64,000 nt of DNA. It comes from Takakia lepidozioides (lineage: Eukaryota; Plantae; Bryophyta). Where the stretch lies: NCBI GenBank assembly GCA_030704615.1, contig CM060732.1, positions 73,284,001 to 73,348,000 on the forward strand. Reading direction: 5' to 3'. Under the pieces are notes generated by a model, which saw only the letters and a list, made by a program, of their open reading frames with translations, was not told the origin of the DNA and did not search any database. Both the position numbers and the translations under genes were made by a program. This document shows, piece after piece, positions 1 to 12,163 of the stretch (its first letter is position 1; each line of letters begins with the position of its first letter).

Positions 1-1593
1 TATGGTTCTGCCTCTGGTCTTGTGGGATCAAGGGAAAGATGTGGAGAGTTGTCCACAACTTGTATGCTCACACCAAAAGCTGTGTCACTGTTAACGGACA
101 GAAGTCCAACTTCTTTGACATAGACCAAGGTGTAGCTCAAGGATGTAGTCTCTCCCCTCTGCTCTTCAATGTTTTCATCAATCAACTCCTCGAGGATGTG
201 GAAAGTGAGGGATTTGGGTTAAGGGTGGGTGATACCACCATACCAGCCCTTATGTTTGCGGATGACTTCGCAGGCATAGGGGAGACTCCAACCAATCTCC
301 AGGAGTTGATTGATTGCACGAAGAGATACTTTGATCTTTTGGGGCTAGAGGCTAATGTCAGCAAATGTGCAGTGGTAGCATTCAACGACAGAGGAGAGGG
401 AGGAAGTGATCTTAAGTGGCAGTGGGGTAGCCAAGAGATCCCGGTCCTCCCTTCCTACACTTACCTGGGCGTTGAGTTCTCCTCCAATTGTAATTGGGAT
501 GCACATATCCGGAAAGTTGTTCAAACTGGCAAGGGCAAAGCTCTGGGGCTCACTAAATTTTTCCACTGCAGAGGGGTCAACTCTGAGGTCAAGAAAACCA
601 TGCTTTGTCGCGCTATTAGACCTGCCTTGGAGTACGGATCTGCTATATGGGTTGATAACTCCAACCAGGTTAAGTCTCTAGAATCCATTCAAGTGGGGGT
701 GCTTAAGGAGTGTATGTCAGCATGCTCCAAAACAGCCGATGTGGCTGTTCGGGGTGAGTTTGGCATTCCGTCCTTAAGCTCCCAACGAGATGAATTCAAG
801 GTCAGATGGTGGGGTCAGCTGCAACATATGCCCAACACCAGATATCCTAAGTTAATCGATGGAAACAGGACCGCCCTGTCAAACAGGCTAAGTCCTGGCA
901 GAAGAGAGTAGAAGAGATCCTCAAGGACCTGGACCTGGATCCGCAAGTCTTGACCCTGCTGGATAAATCTGACTTAGAGGCTGTAGTGTCCTCAGCCATG
1001 TCTGTTGCCATGAGATTGTCTGATGGAAATGAAGTTAGGCAGAAAACTTCCCTGAACTTGTTTCCAGTCTGTGACGTGGGGGAGGACATCTTGGATGACC
1101 TCAAGGGTCTACCCACTCTCGGCACTAGACTGAAATTTAAACTCAGGGCAGGAAGCCTACCTTTGAACAGCAAACAGAAGCAGAGAGGAAAGGGAGAGTG
1201 CAATTGCCAGTTGTGTGGGCAATCTGAAGACCGTATTCATTTTCTGATACACTGTCCGGGGTTCTCTCACCAAAGAGACGCTCTCTTCAAATCTATTAAG
1301 GGAATTGTGCCTGTACCCCTGTTTACCAACTTTGAAAGTCTCGAGGCTGAGCCAAAAGCCCAGGCCCTCCTGAGGCCTAGTTTTTGGGCAAATCACACAC
1401 AACAGATTGATGCTTGTGTGAAGGGATTTCTAGAGGATATCTGGAAAACCCAGATTAATTCTTTATATGGAGGTAAGTCTTACTACCAACGTCAGCCCCT
1501 GACAGAGGTAGGTTCTGTCCCTTTTGTTCCCGCTCAAACTGGGCGCGGGGTCAATGGCCACAAGGCTACGGCAAACAACGTCTTATGAGTACA
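1..1593 (+). mobile_element. Non-LINE-L1-type non-LTR retrotransposon (LINE) copy A, 3' part: RT plus C-terminal CCHC knuckle, one frameshift near 860
   Basis: ORF 39-911 has RT motifs QGCSLSPLLF, FADD, YLGV and YGSAIW. ORF 950-1588 has CQLC..EDRIHFLIHC. The element ends in ...GTCTTATGAGTACA, the same terminus as copies B and C. Confidence 0.92.
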
Positions 1594-1622
1594 ATCTCTC
1601 TCACACACACACACATACACAC
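1594..1622. repeat. (CT)n(CA)n microsatellite directly after the LINE 3' end
   Basis: atctctctcacacacacacacatacacac. Confidence 0.8.
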
Positions 1623-1629
1623 CTCCCTG

Positions 1630-4600
1630 TCCTCTAGGAAGCCTATTGCCATTGTGTGGACTTGATACGGGAGTACATAAATGTCTCTGTGACTAAATGC
1701 CGGCCTTGTGACCCCATGTCTTTGTTTGTTTTGACCTGAAGCGCTTTGCTTCAGGTAAGGTAGTGCATTGGAGTCAGTTGGGAGAGTTTGGGACCTCTCC
1801 CTCTTCAGAGTATGCCTATGCGGGCCATTCCCTGCAGCTCCCTTGAAAGTGATCTCTGAACGGTGACAAGCGGACCCCTACCGCTTGGGTTAGCCCCTCC
1901 ACCCAAATTGGGCAGTTGTATGCTCTGTCTAGCATACTTGGCACTTGGGCGAGGGTTGGTCCTTGTGCTTGAACTTATAGCCTGTGAATTTTACCAATAC
2001 ATTAACTCTTATCAATAACAACACTCCCCAGGGTGATTCCTGGGAATTGGTTACTTACGCCAAATCTAGGGCTTCATGTCTAGTTTTTGGGTTGACTCCC
2101 AGGATGGACGATGTGTCCTTCAAAACTACATGCTCCAGCTTACGCTTGGATCATATGACTAATGGTTCCATCTTGAGACTTGATAACAGAGGTATTTTGA
2201 AGCTTGCAATGCCCAAAAATGCTACAAATAGAGTCTCACATCAATTCAATCTCAAAGAAGTTCCTCCCTTGACTGGCTGGAGAGCGGTCTTAGACATTGG
2301 TAATTCAATGAGGCGCTCTAGGAAGACAACCAAGGGCAGGGATTTCAACTTTCTAACCGGTTTGATGCACTGGATGAGGTTGATTCCAAGCAGTCAGACA
2401 GACAAACTGACCCTTACACAAGACGAGCAAAATGTACACGCGGGGTAATTGTCCCCCCTTTGCAGAACGGTTGGCCGTCCAGGGCAACCATAGGCTACCT
2501 AGACGACAAACAATTCAGATGCAAAGGGCTGGCTTGCGGCTGGGCACTTCCAATTTCTCAGGGCTGACTAACCAAAGGAAACGATTCGAAGTGGGACAAG
2601 TTCTTCGGGCAAATCATATTCATATCTGTGCTGGGCAAGAGACATGGGAAACTTCGGACAAACTGGTTGGAGATGTCAATGATTATAAGTGGATCGGTAA
2701 GATGTGCGCTCTTAAGGCGGCCTCTGCCAAACGTGGTCAAAAAGGGGTTGGCTTCTTTGTCCGTGATTTCTTGTGTGACAATTGTGAAATTATCAACAAG
2801 GGTTTGCGGTATGAGCACAGTATCTGGCTAAAACTGAAATTGAAGGGCGGCGTGAATACGAAGGACCTCTTTGTGGGTTGCGTGTACATGCCCACAGAGG
2901 GGACCCTTAGTGCTGACACAGACAAAGCCTTCGAAGACATAAAGCTGGACTGTGCTATGTTCTTCGCAAAGGCCAGGTGGTCTTATTGGGTGACTTCAAT
3001 GCCTGGGTGGGCAAAGATCTTATCAGGATGATACCACTGGGCCTTTTGGTGAGGACAAGCTGAATTCTAATGGTAGACGGTTAATAAACTGCCTGGAAGC
3101 AGCTTTTGACTTTGAATAATAAGTCAAAAGGAGACCAAGTGCAGTGGACTCGTGAGAAAGCCCAACTGGGGAATGTTCCATTGTGGATTATATCATAATC
3201 GACAAAAATTTTGTTTCCCCAGACTGCCACTGTGTTGATCAACAGACCTGATTTTGGTACCTCTGACCACTTCCTGGTTTGGACTGAGATCAGAAGGTGT
3301 TTCCCAACACCAAGATGATTCGGGAGTGGCGCATAGAAAATTTCCAAAATGAAGAGGTCAAGGCTGAGTAAGTCCAGGCCTACAGGCTCTCCTTCATTTT
3401 GTCCACTAGCTCCAAGCCCTTCAGTCTCTCTCTGGCAATGCAAGAAATGAAGTCGAAAGTGCAGTGGATTCTTGGGAGATTTCGTCTCCTATGTGGCTGA
3501 CAAGATCATTGGGAGGAAACTGAGCGGTTAATTGGTGGACCAATGAGATTAAACTCAAGATAGCTGAGGGACGAGTCCTCTCTAAAAAGTGCTGCAACTT
3601 GAATACCAACAAGGAATTGTGGGCTGGGTACTACCAGATCCACAAAGATATCAATCAGCTTGTAAGGTCTCAGAAGAAATTATACTGGGACAAGTTATAC
3701 AGTGAAATAAACTCAAAACCACCATGGTGGCAATGACAAGAGATTCTGGTTGGCGCTTCAACGTTTGTACAAGCCAAAAAACTGTCAGCAAGGAGAAGCG
3801 CTGAGGACTAGTAAGGGTGCAGTGGTGACTTCAACGGTTGACATTGTCAAAACCTTTGAAACCCACTACAGTATCCTTGGCAGAATTTCTAGGTCTAACA
3901 GTGAGGGGTCCTCTGAAGAATGGGAGGACACACTTAGAGAATGTACTCATAAGACATTGTTAGCCAGGCCTTGTGGCCATTGACCCTGTGCCCAGTTTAA
4001 GTGGAACACCAAGGGACAGAACCTACCTCTGTCAGGGGCTGACTTCGGTAGTAAGACTTACCTTGGTAAAGAACATTGATCCGGGCTTTCCAGATATCCT
4101 CTAGAAATCCTGTCACACAAATATCAATCTGCTGTGTGTGGTTTGCCCAATAACTAGGCCCCAGAAGGGCCTGGGCTTTTGGCTCAGCCTCGAGACTTTC
4201 AAAGTTGGTAATTAGAGGTACAGGCACAATTCCCTTGATAGATTTGAGGAGAGCGTCTCTCTGGTGAGAGTACCCCGGACAGTGAATCAGGAAATGAATA
4301 TGGTCTGCCGGTTGCCCACACAACGGGCAATTGCACTCTCCCTTTCCTCTCTGCTTCTGTTTGCTGTTCAAAGGTAGGCTTCCTGCCCTGCGTTTAAATT
4401 TCAGTCTGGTGCCAAGAGTGGGCAGACCCTTGAGGTCATCCATGATGTCCTCCCCCATGTCACAGACTGGAAACAAGTTCAGGGAAGTTTTCTGCCTAAC
4501 TTCATTTTCATCAGACAATTTTCTGGTAACAGACATGGGCTTTGGACACTACAGTCTTTAAGTCAGATTTATCCAGCAGGGTCACACTTGCGGGTCCAGA

Positions 4601-5678
4601 TTCAGATCCTGGAGAATCTCTTGTACTCCTTTGGGACACACTTAGAGAAACAGTTCCTATGATTCAAGACAGCCCTGATGAATTGTAGTATATTTCAAAG
4701 GCTTACAATGCTCCCATTAGTTCTTCTGAGATGTGGAAGCAATTGAGCAGGATATAAAGCTGGTGGACCTGATGGCACAGTCAACAAGCTTATCAAGCAC
4801 GGTGGCGATCCCATGATAGAGGCCCTTGTACTTCTCTTTAACCTTATCTGGAGGACTGAAATGATCCCCTTTCGCTGGCAACAGGGGGTCATTGTCAATC
4901 TATACAAGAAGGGTGACAGAGAAGAACCGGGGAGCTACCGAGGCATCACACTCCTCAATGCAGTTGGCAAGATATTTTGCAGAGTTATAAGTACTCGTCT
5001 CGAGGTTGATCTGGAATCTAGAGGTTGTTTCGACGAAGGCCAAGCTGGCTTTCGGCGAATATCTTCACTCTCAGCCAGATTGTCCAGGGAAGGAAAAAAG
5101 AAGCGATACACACTTCTGTATTTTTCTTGGATGTCAAAAAGGCTTATGGAGTGTGGAGAGACAGTCTATGGCTCCGACTCTGGTCATGTGGGATCAAGGG
5201 AAAGATGTGGAGAGTGGTCCGTAACTTGTATGTTCACACCGAAAGTTGTGTCACTGTTAATGGATAGAAGTCTAACTTCTTTGACATAGACCAAGGTGTA
5301 GCTCAAGGATGTACCCTCTCCCCTCTGCTCTTCAATGTTTTCATCAATCAACTTCTTGAGGATGTGGAAAGTGGGGATTTGGGTTAAGGGTGGGTGATGC
5401 CACCATACCAGCCCTTATGTTTGCGGATGACTTCGCAGGCGTAGGGGAGACTCCTTCCAATCTCCAGGAGTTGATTGATTGTGCAAAGAGATACTTTGAC
5501 CTTTGGGGGCTAGAGGCTCACCTCAGTAAATGTGCAGTGGTGGCATTCAACAACTGAGGAGAGGGAGGAGGTGATCTGAAATGGCAGTGGGGAAGCCAAG
5601 AGATTTCGGTCCTCCCGCTCAAACTGGGCGCAGGGTCAATGGCCACAAGGCTACAGTAAACAACGTCTTATGAGTACA
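1630..5678 (+). mobile_element. LINE copy B: near full-length but decayed (putative ORF1, APE endonuclease, RT), with an internal ~1.08-kb deletion and a nested insertion
   Basis: APE motifs GTSNFSGL, GQETW, GVGFFV, CVYMP, LGDFNA, VDYII and SDH lie across 2520-3280. Pre-RT motif LYKKGD..PGSYRGITLL is at ~4900. 5160-5616 is homologous to 1-451, and the family terminus ends at 5678. The 5' boundary is approximate. Confidence 0.88.
3942..4633 (-). mobile_element. LINE copy C: 5'-truncated, inserted antisense inside copy B
   Basis: Reverse complement of ~900-1593 (ORF 3997-4536 matches ORF 950-1588). Flanked by a 16-bp TSD GGACACACTTAGAGAA at 3926-3941 and 4634-4649. Confidence 0.93.
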
Positions 5679-6538
5679 TCCTCTCCCTCTCTATCTATCT
5701 ATGGTGGCTTAGCTCCTGGTAACACCACTCAAGAAGTGGAATTTCCTGCCTAGAACAGAACAGGAAAACAACTAAGTCCCCTGTAATAACACTCTTGAAT
5801 CGCGTGATCTCTGTCCCTCTCTCTATCCTTGAATATGGCTAACTCCACTCCTGGATTACTTAATCCTGTCGTGGTGTTGTGGAAATTGCTTATTGAGCTG
5901 CTCATACATTTCCGGTAAGGCAAGGAGAATGGTATGTCCATGAAAGTTCCTTGTGAACAAACATGGCGCAATACCTTGTGCTAGGACCTGTAGCAGCAGC
6001 ATACGGGAGTATATGTGTACACCTTCTGCATGATCCGGTCAATGCACATTGCTCTGATGGCTGGTCTACTGTAGCCAATGCCAGGTATCCGAATTGGGAA
6101 ACCTGAAAATGAGAGGCCTGAGAATTCTCCTGCTTTTATCTTAATGATGGTAAGTTTTTGGTAACACCATTCAAGAATTGGCCCATCCTGTTTTTCTCTT
6201 AGGATTTTTTGCCTAGAATGGAACAAAACAGATTAGGGTTCCCCCTAGGACCTAATCTAAAGCAGCCAGCCTACATGGTCAGACAAGAGGCTGCCCTATA
6301 AAGTAAGAAGCTCTGGCTGCTCTTCTCATGTGGAAAAACAGGCAGGAGCTGAAGGAGCAGTCATCTCAGAGCTGAAGCAGTGTGGCATCAACTAACATGC
6401 TCACTTAGGCTCTTTACTCACTTTAATGACTTCACAAGTCTGCTAGAACTATTGAAGGGTGTGAAGAGACAGACAAGAGGATGGCACATTCCGATACTAG
6501 AGGTTGGAAATATCTAGCGGGTTCTACTACAGACTCAC

Positions 6539-8380
6539 CTGTCAAAGTTATAGCCATGAAGTAGTGACTCTGCCAGAATGGTTTTGGTAGAAGTCACAAG
6601 GCATCCGAAAAATGCTGCCAAGAATCCCGCCATGTTGAAACTGAGCTCAGTGATGGAGGTAAGCATAATACCACCCACCACGGGTAACAGCGAGAGCCAA
6701 ACCCGCCGATCAAATGTCTTGCCCCAAACCAGCCACTGTAACACCACTGTTTGCATCCACACCCAGTTAGAAATTGTTGCAATGACAACTTTAAGTGTGC
6801 TGAAGCTTCCAGTGCGACCTACAGATGCCATACTTCCAGTATACACTCAAGTGATCCTTGAGAGCCTTCACAAATCATTGCAAACGAGCTAATTGTGGGA
6901 TACTATAGTGAGACTGCAGAAACACCAGAAATAAACCTTATAGCAGTATAAGGCATACTAAACCACAGCATCTAACTGAGCATCGAACTGCAGCTCCAAA
7001 AGCTGCTAAATTTTAAGTTCACACCAAAGCATGAACAGATTTGTTGGCAGACCTGTATATCTATTGGGCAAATAGTAACGTTCTGGAAAAGTAGACCCTG
7101 ACATGAGATGCTCTGGAATTGCCTTCCTGTTCAGATCACCGCATCATGCACAGACTGAGGAGCTTTGCATCATGCAGAAAACTACTTGACAAGAAAGCTG
7201 ACGAGGAGGCAGGCAAGCGCACCAGTAGTGGCAGGTGTGAAGGACTTGATAGTTTGCATGAAGGAGACTGGGATATATCGCAGGCTCACATTGCCGAGCA
7301 CAATATTGATGCAGAACACAAATGACATTGGCAAGATCCGCCTCCAGCGATCCGTTGGGTTGACTTCAATCAGTGGCTTCAGGTGAAGTATTTTAATAGC
7401 TACGTAGGCACCAATTGTTGAACATATGAAGTGCACTGTCGACACTGTGAGGGGGAATTTGAAGTCCAATTTCTGTCCTCATCCATTCGAACATTCCCAC
7501 CAGCCTCACTTGGTTAACAATGCAAGCCTTGGCATTTTCCCATGAAAAGCCTCCCTATATCCAACCTTTTGATTTTCTATAGGTAAGTTTTGAAGGAGCC
7601 AAGCACATGCTGCATACAGTCAGGAACACAGGGCTTCATGCCCCACAAAGATTAAAGCCAAGCTATATGGTTTATGCAAAGGGCACCAAAGTTCTTAGGC
7701 AATCCAGTTATTGATGAGATGTGGGAAATGATGCATTTTCCAACCACCATTTTGTAGGGATACAGATGTAATAGGCAGTATTTGGGGTTGTGCTGAGGCT
7801 AGTCACGTACAACTTTCCCATGTGACAGTGTGTAATAGCAAACATCCTTTAGCCTTCATTTACCACATTTACATACTCTAATATTCTATTTCACAAATGT
7901 GGCTCCTGCAATTTGCCTTTTAGAGCTACAAAACTTGTAGAGAGCAGCCCACATGGATGTGAGGGCTTCAGTGTACCATTACCCCACCTTCCCGTTGCCC
8001 AGCTAAACAGTTGGCATTCTCAAACTAAAACACTGACTAAGTTTATGACATGCTGAAGTGAAGAAACTTGCAGCAAGGGTTCTTTAATCATGCTGGGGCT
8101 GCGCATTGATCACCCTTGTATTCAGCTAAAGTGTCTTCCGTGCCAATGCATGCAGGCAATCACCTTATCATTTGTGCAATAAGAGGCTCCCTCACTTGAT
8201 GAAGACTGAAGGTATGCATATTGCAATGGGAAAAGCACCAACCTGGAAGATCCACTTGTTCATAATAATCACAAGCACATTGAAGCCCCACCATTGCAGA
8301 ACTGACAACACCCCTCGAAGCTGGCTAGATTGGTTCAACGTGCTCCCTTGCTTGCCCTCAATGTCAATAGTCGAAGTCAT
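6539..8380 (-). CDS. GONST5: Nucleotide-sugar transporter, UDP-galactose transporter 1 / GONST5 family (TPT superfamily). First three coding exons: 8380-8243, 7472-7223, 6746-6539. The gene continues left of the window.
   Basis: The spliced peptide LQWWGFNVLVIIMNKWIFQ-KLDFKFPL...LGNVSLRYIPVSFMQTIKSFTPATT-VVLQWLVW...TSTKTILAESLLHGYNFD matches the plant UDP-GalT1/GONST5 family. GT-AG junctions have consistent phases (0, 1, 2). The expected next exon (SINTVYYMAP) was not found in 1-6538. Confidence 0.93.
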
Positions 8381-11197
8381 GGTTTGCTTTATGTGTTATA
8401 CACCTGTTCGCCATGCATCCAAGCACATTTGACTGTCCATGTCCTTGTAAGCTCCCAACTGTTGCTCCAGTCTCAGGTTGAAAGCTGCTTCCAGCCAATC
8501 ATTTCATGTACAATTTCCAAAGAACTGAGTACCAGATCTATAGCAGAAAAGTTTCTGGTTATCAAAAATGATGATGTTCAACGACAACTAGTCAGAGGGG
8601 ATGTAGAGTTAGATGCTTCAAACCCTGCTCATCTCTATGCGTGTTATGCATACTGAATTGCGGACAAAATCTGCAGATTAGCAAAGGTTGGCAGAGAACG
8701 GAAGAAAAATTAGCGACAGGAACACAGAGAACAAGAGAAGGATGGTGACAATGGAGATTATTAACTGAACATGCAACCATCGCAAGGGCGCATGGAGGCC
8801 TCTCTCATTCCGGGGTAGACCTTCAGGAGAAAAGGAAGAACTATCTCTTCTCATGATTGATTGTTACCCAATTTCTGCCTTCAACTACAAAACCCATTTG
8901 TCTTAGGTTCTTCCGATACATATGAGACACATCTGAAGTGAAGTGCAACAATCTTCTACAGAAGGATGAAGAGGACGTGCGGAACGTATAGGAAATGCAG
9001 TACCTTTGAGGGATATCCTGCACATGCAGATACACATCCAATCCTACCGTTGACTTATCACTGCTTTTTGTTGAGTTCGAACTTCTCAGCATGCAAGCAT
9101 TCTGGGACAGCCCATCTTTCAACTTTCTGCTGTTGAAGCGGGACAAGAAAGACAGACAAACTGGCTGCGTATAGAGTCTGCAGGTGAAAGAAACAACTTG
9201 CTCACGCCATCCTGCAACCTTTCCAGAGACAGCAAACCCAAAACTCTCCAAACAAAATCACAAGCTGTGAGGTCTTGTATGACCCTGTCAGATCCAAGAA
9301 GTTCGTGCAGCAACATGCACTGACGAGGGTTCCCAGAGCCAGCGATGAAGTTACGATCGCTGCTCTCATTGGCTGTCCCAGTCTTACAAAAGCTCAATGT
9401 CTCCGGCATCATCTGATTGCTGCAGGAATACAGGTACCGGTCCAGCTACACTTGCCTTGCTAACTTACTCTACCGACCCGTGCAGGTGCCACCTGCCCAC
9501 ACAAGCACAGGTATGCCTGCTGTCTGTGGGGAAATGCTTTGCTATTTTGGTGGGGCATCTCTGTTGGGTATTCTCTACAGAGTATACATCCCACCATCGC
9601 CACCATCATCGCCCTCACATATGGTACTAAGTCCTCTTTAACGTTCTGGTGTTTCTTCAACCAAAAAATTTCTGCACAACTTTACACTGGTGACTGGCAT
9701 AATAGATGGGAGAGAACATTTTCCTACTAACTCTCACTACACTACACTAACACACAGACTAATATGAGAGTCTCTTATGTTAGTTCTAGAATGTTATGGA
9801 CAGACTGCCTGCCACCCTACATGGTATAAAAAGGGTAAGGATTGTTTTTTTTTGGGGATATTTTGTGCTCAGTTTAATTCTCTTGCGGTGCGGATCCAGA
9901 GTTTTTACTTTCCTTTTTTTGAAAAAATGAATAGGGGTGGGTTTGCAAGGTAAGTTATTTTTTCTTTGCATGAATTTGAGTAGCGGGACTCCATTCTCTT
10001 TCTTTGAAAAAAATAGGGGATAGATGCCCTCAGAGAATTCTATGGACTTTCAAAGAAGTGTTTGTAAGAATGTCGGACAGTCTTGGTGTGTTATTTGGTA
10101 GTACATTTGATATTATTTGGTATCAGAGGAAAACCGCAATTAACTTAGTTACTAACGACATCTTTGTTCGTCTCATATATCTGTCAAGGTCATGCTCTTG
10201 GAGCTTCTTCTGCAAAATTTGTTTCATATTCCGCCATTGGTGCTATTTGTTTGTACAATAATTGTATATTTGGGAAAATATGTACAAATTTCATATTTGA
10301 AAGTGTGGTGATACGGAATTTGTAAAGCACTACTCAAAAATCCCATTCAAGTAGTAAATATAGTGACTTCCTATGCCGCAGGCTTTACCCCTAGGTAGTT
10401 CTTCCAGCATTTCAACCGTCCATTGGCTTGGAAGGCATCTGTGAATTCGATATGTTAACCACTTCAACCTGAGAAGTACTTTACCCCACTACAAATTCGA
10501 ACAATTATTTTGACAATTATTTTTATTCCAATTTTTTTGGATAATTTTTTCATGAAATTATACTACAACTTCAATGACATATGAGAGCAACATTCCTACT
10601 ACATTAGAGATTCCACTTCCTTTATAGTGTTAGCTATGAGTATGGATATGTAGTTTTTTGAGAGCATGCTAGAACGGCAAATGGAATAACTCGCAGAGGA
10701 CGGCATCTACTCACAAAATAAGCATCCAATCACACTCATATCCAACATTGTACACCTCAATTGAAATTGCAACATAAGAGCACAATTTGCCCCCTAAATC
10801 TTGCGTCCAAAACCATTTGTAATGGAAGACCATTCTTACATGGGAACGCAAGAATGGGCCTTTGGAGTCGAGTTGTGGTCTTTCTGGACATGGCAAGCAA
10901 CCCACACTTGCGAACTTAAATCCATAGAATTTAAATAGTACTCTCCATTCACCGCTACTGTCAAATCTCCATTTGAGAGTACTAATTTGTCATCCCCAAA
11001 TGACTGCATCTCCTACTGAGAAAATGGGTCGATTCAATTTATAGGCTCCCCAAAAGTATCCATCATTGCCTAATCCTGCAATAAAGGATTCTACAAGAAT
11101 TTAAAGAGAAAATAGCTAATCAATAGCCAATCGGAAGAAAACAATCTCAAGAGTTGTTTGAGGTGTTTTACCTCTATGGATTCTTTGACGGAATCAG

Positions 11198-11347
11198 CAT
11201 CACTATGAACAATATGTTCCTGGTTGACAATACTTGAAGCCCTCGTCATGCTTTCTCTTGGAACTGGTGTAATATCACTACGAACAGTATGTTCATGATT
11301 GACAATACTTGAAGCCCTCGTCATGCTTTCTTCTGGAACTGGTGTAA
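11198..11347. repeat. Tandem duplication, 2 x 75 bp
   Basis: Units 11198-11272 and 11273-11347. On the minus strand they read TPVP(E/R)ESMTRASSIVN(H/Q)EH twice, in frame. Confidence 0.9.
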
Positions 11348-11437
11348 CAAGTAGTATATGAGAATTTGTACATACACCAGACTCATAAGAGAATACTTGA
11401 AAATGAAATGTCAATTAAATAGAAACTAGACTCACTT

Positions 11438-12163
11438 TGTCGCGCACCTCACTTTGGTAAGCTCCCATTCAAGTCATAGTTACTCGCTTTGATGCGCGCG
11501 CCTAACTCCTAAACTGGTCGCCGGGCCAACTCAGAGCTTTGGCTGCTCACCGGGGCATAACGGTCCCCCTCAAACTCCTACTCGACCCTCGACCTGTTGG
11601 GCTCAGTGGAAATTCCCTTTGGTAGATGGTAGTCCGGAACAGCTCCCCACACCTTGGTCGCTTTCCGGCTCGCACGCTTATTCACTAGTTCTTGGTCACC
11701 AACGGGCTTGCACCGTTCTCGGGGTTACTACTCCCTATATATACTTCTGTAGGTATCCGCGGGGGTTCCACAAGTAGCCAAGTCCAAATCTGGTGCACCA
11801 CCACTTAGACCCTCGATCGTCCCAATGGTGAGTCGCGGTGAGTCTTGGCCCACCCACCACGGCCCCAATGGACCGTGGTGAGTCCCAAGACTCCCCACGA
11901 CTCCCACCACAAGGCCTCAGCCTCATGGTGAGTCCTATGTCAACCCCACTACAACTCCCTACGCTACCACCACCCCTCGTGGAGCCCCCACCACCGCCAC
12001 CCGGTTTGCGGGGTTCTACCTAGTGAGCGTCACCGCCTCCTTGAGTGCCTTCGGCACTCGAGGGTGCTTCAACCCCCTTTCCTATTTGCTGCCACTGCCC
12101 CCACCACAGGGGCAGCCTCTCTTGTGTCCCGACCCCCCGCCCTCAAGGCAATGGGCCGTGACA
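11438..12163 (-). mobile_element. Solo LTR (726 bp)
   Basis: Termini TGTCGCG...CCGTGACA with a 5-bp TSD CACTT at 11433-11437 and 12164-12168, and a TATA-like tatatata near 11740. Orientation comes from the homologue at 27435-27766, which is followed by a PBS. Confidence 0.9.

Noticed and set aside
8400-9730. Several 60-136 aa ORFs upstream of the transporter
   Set aside because: No motifs; more likely 5' UTR, leader intron and promoter of the minus-strand gene.
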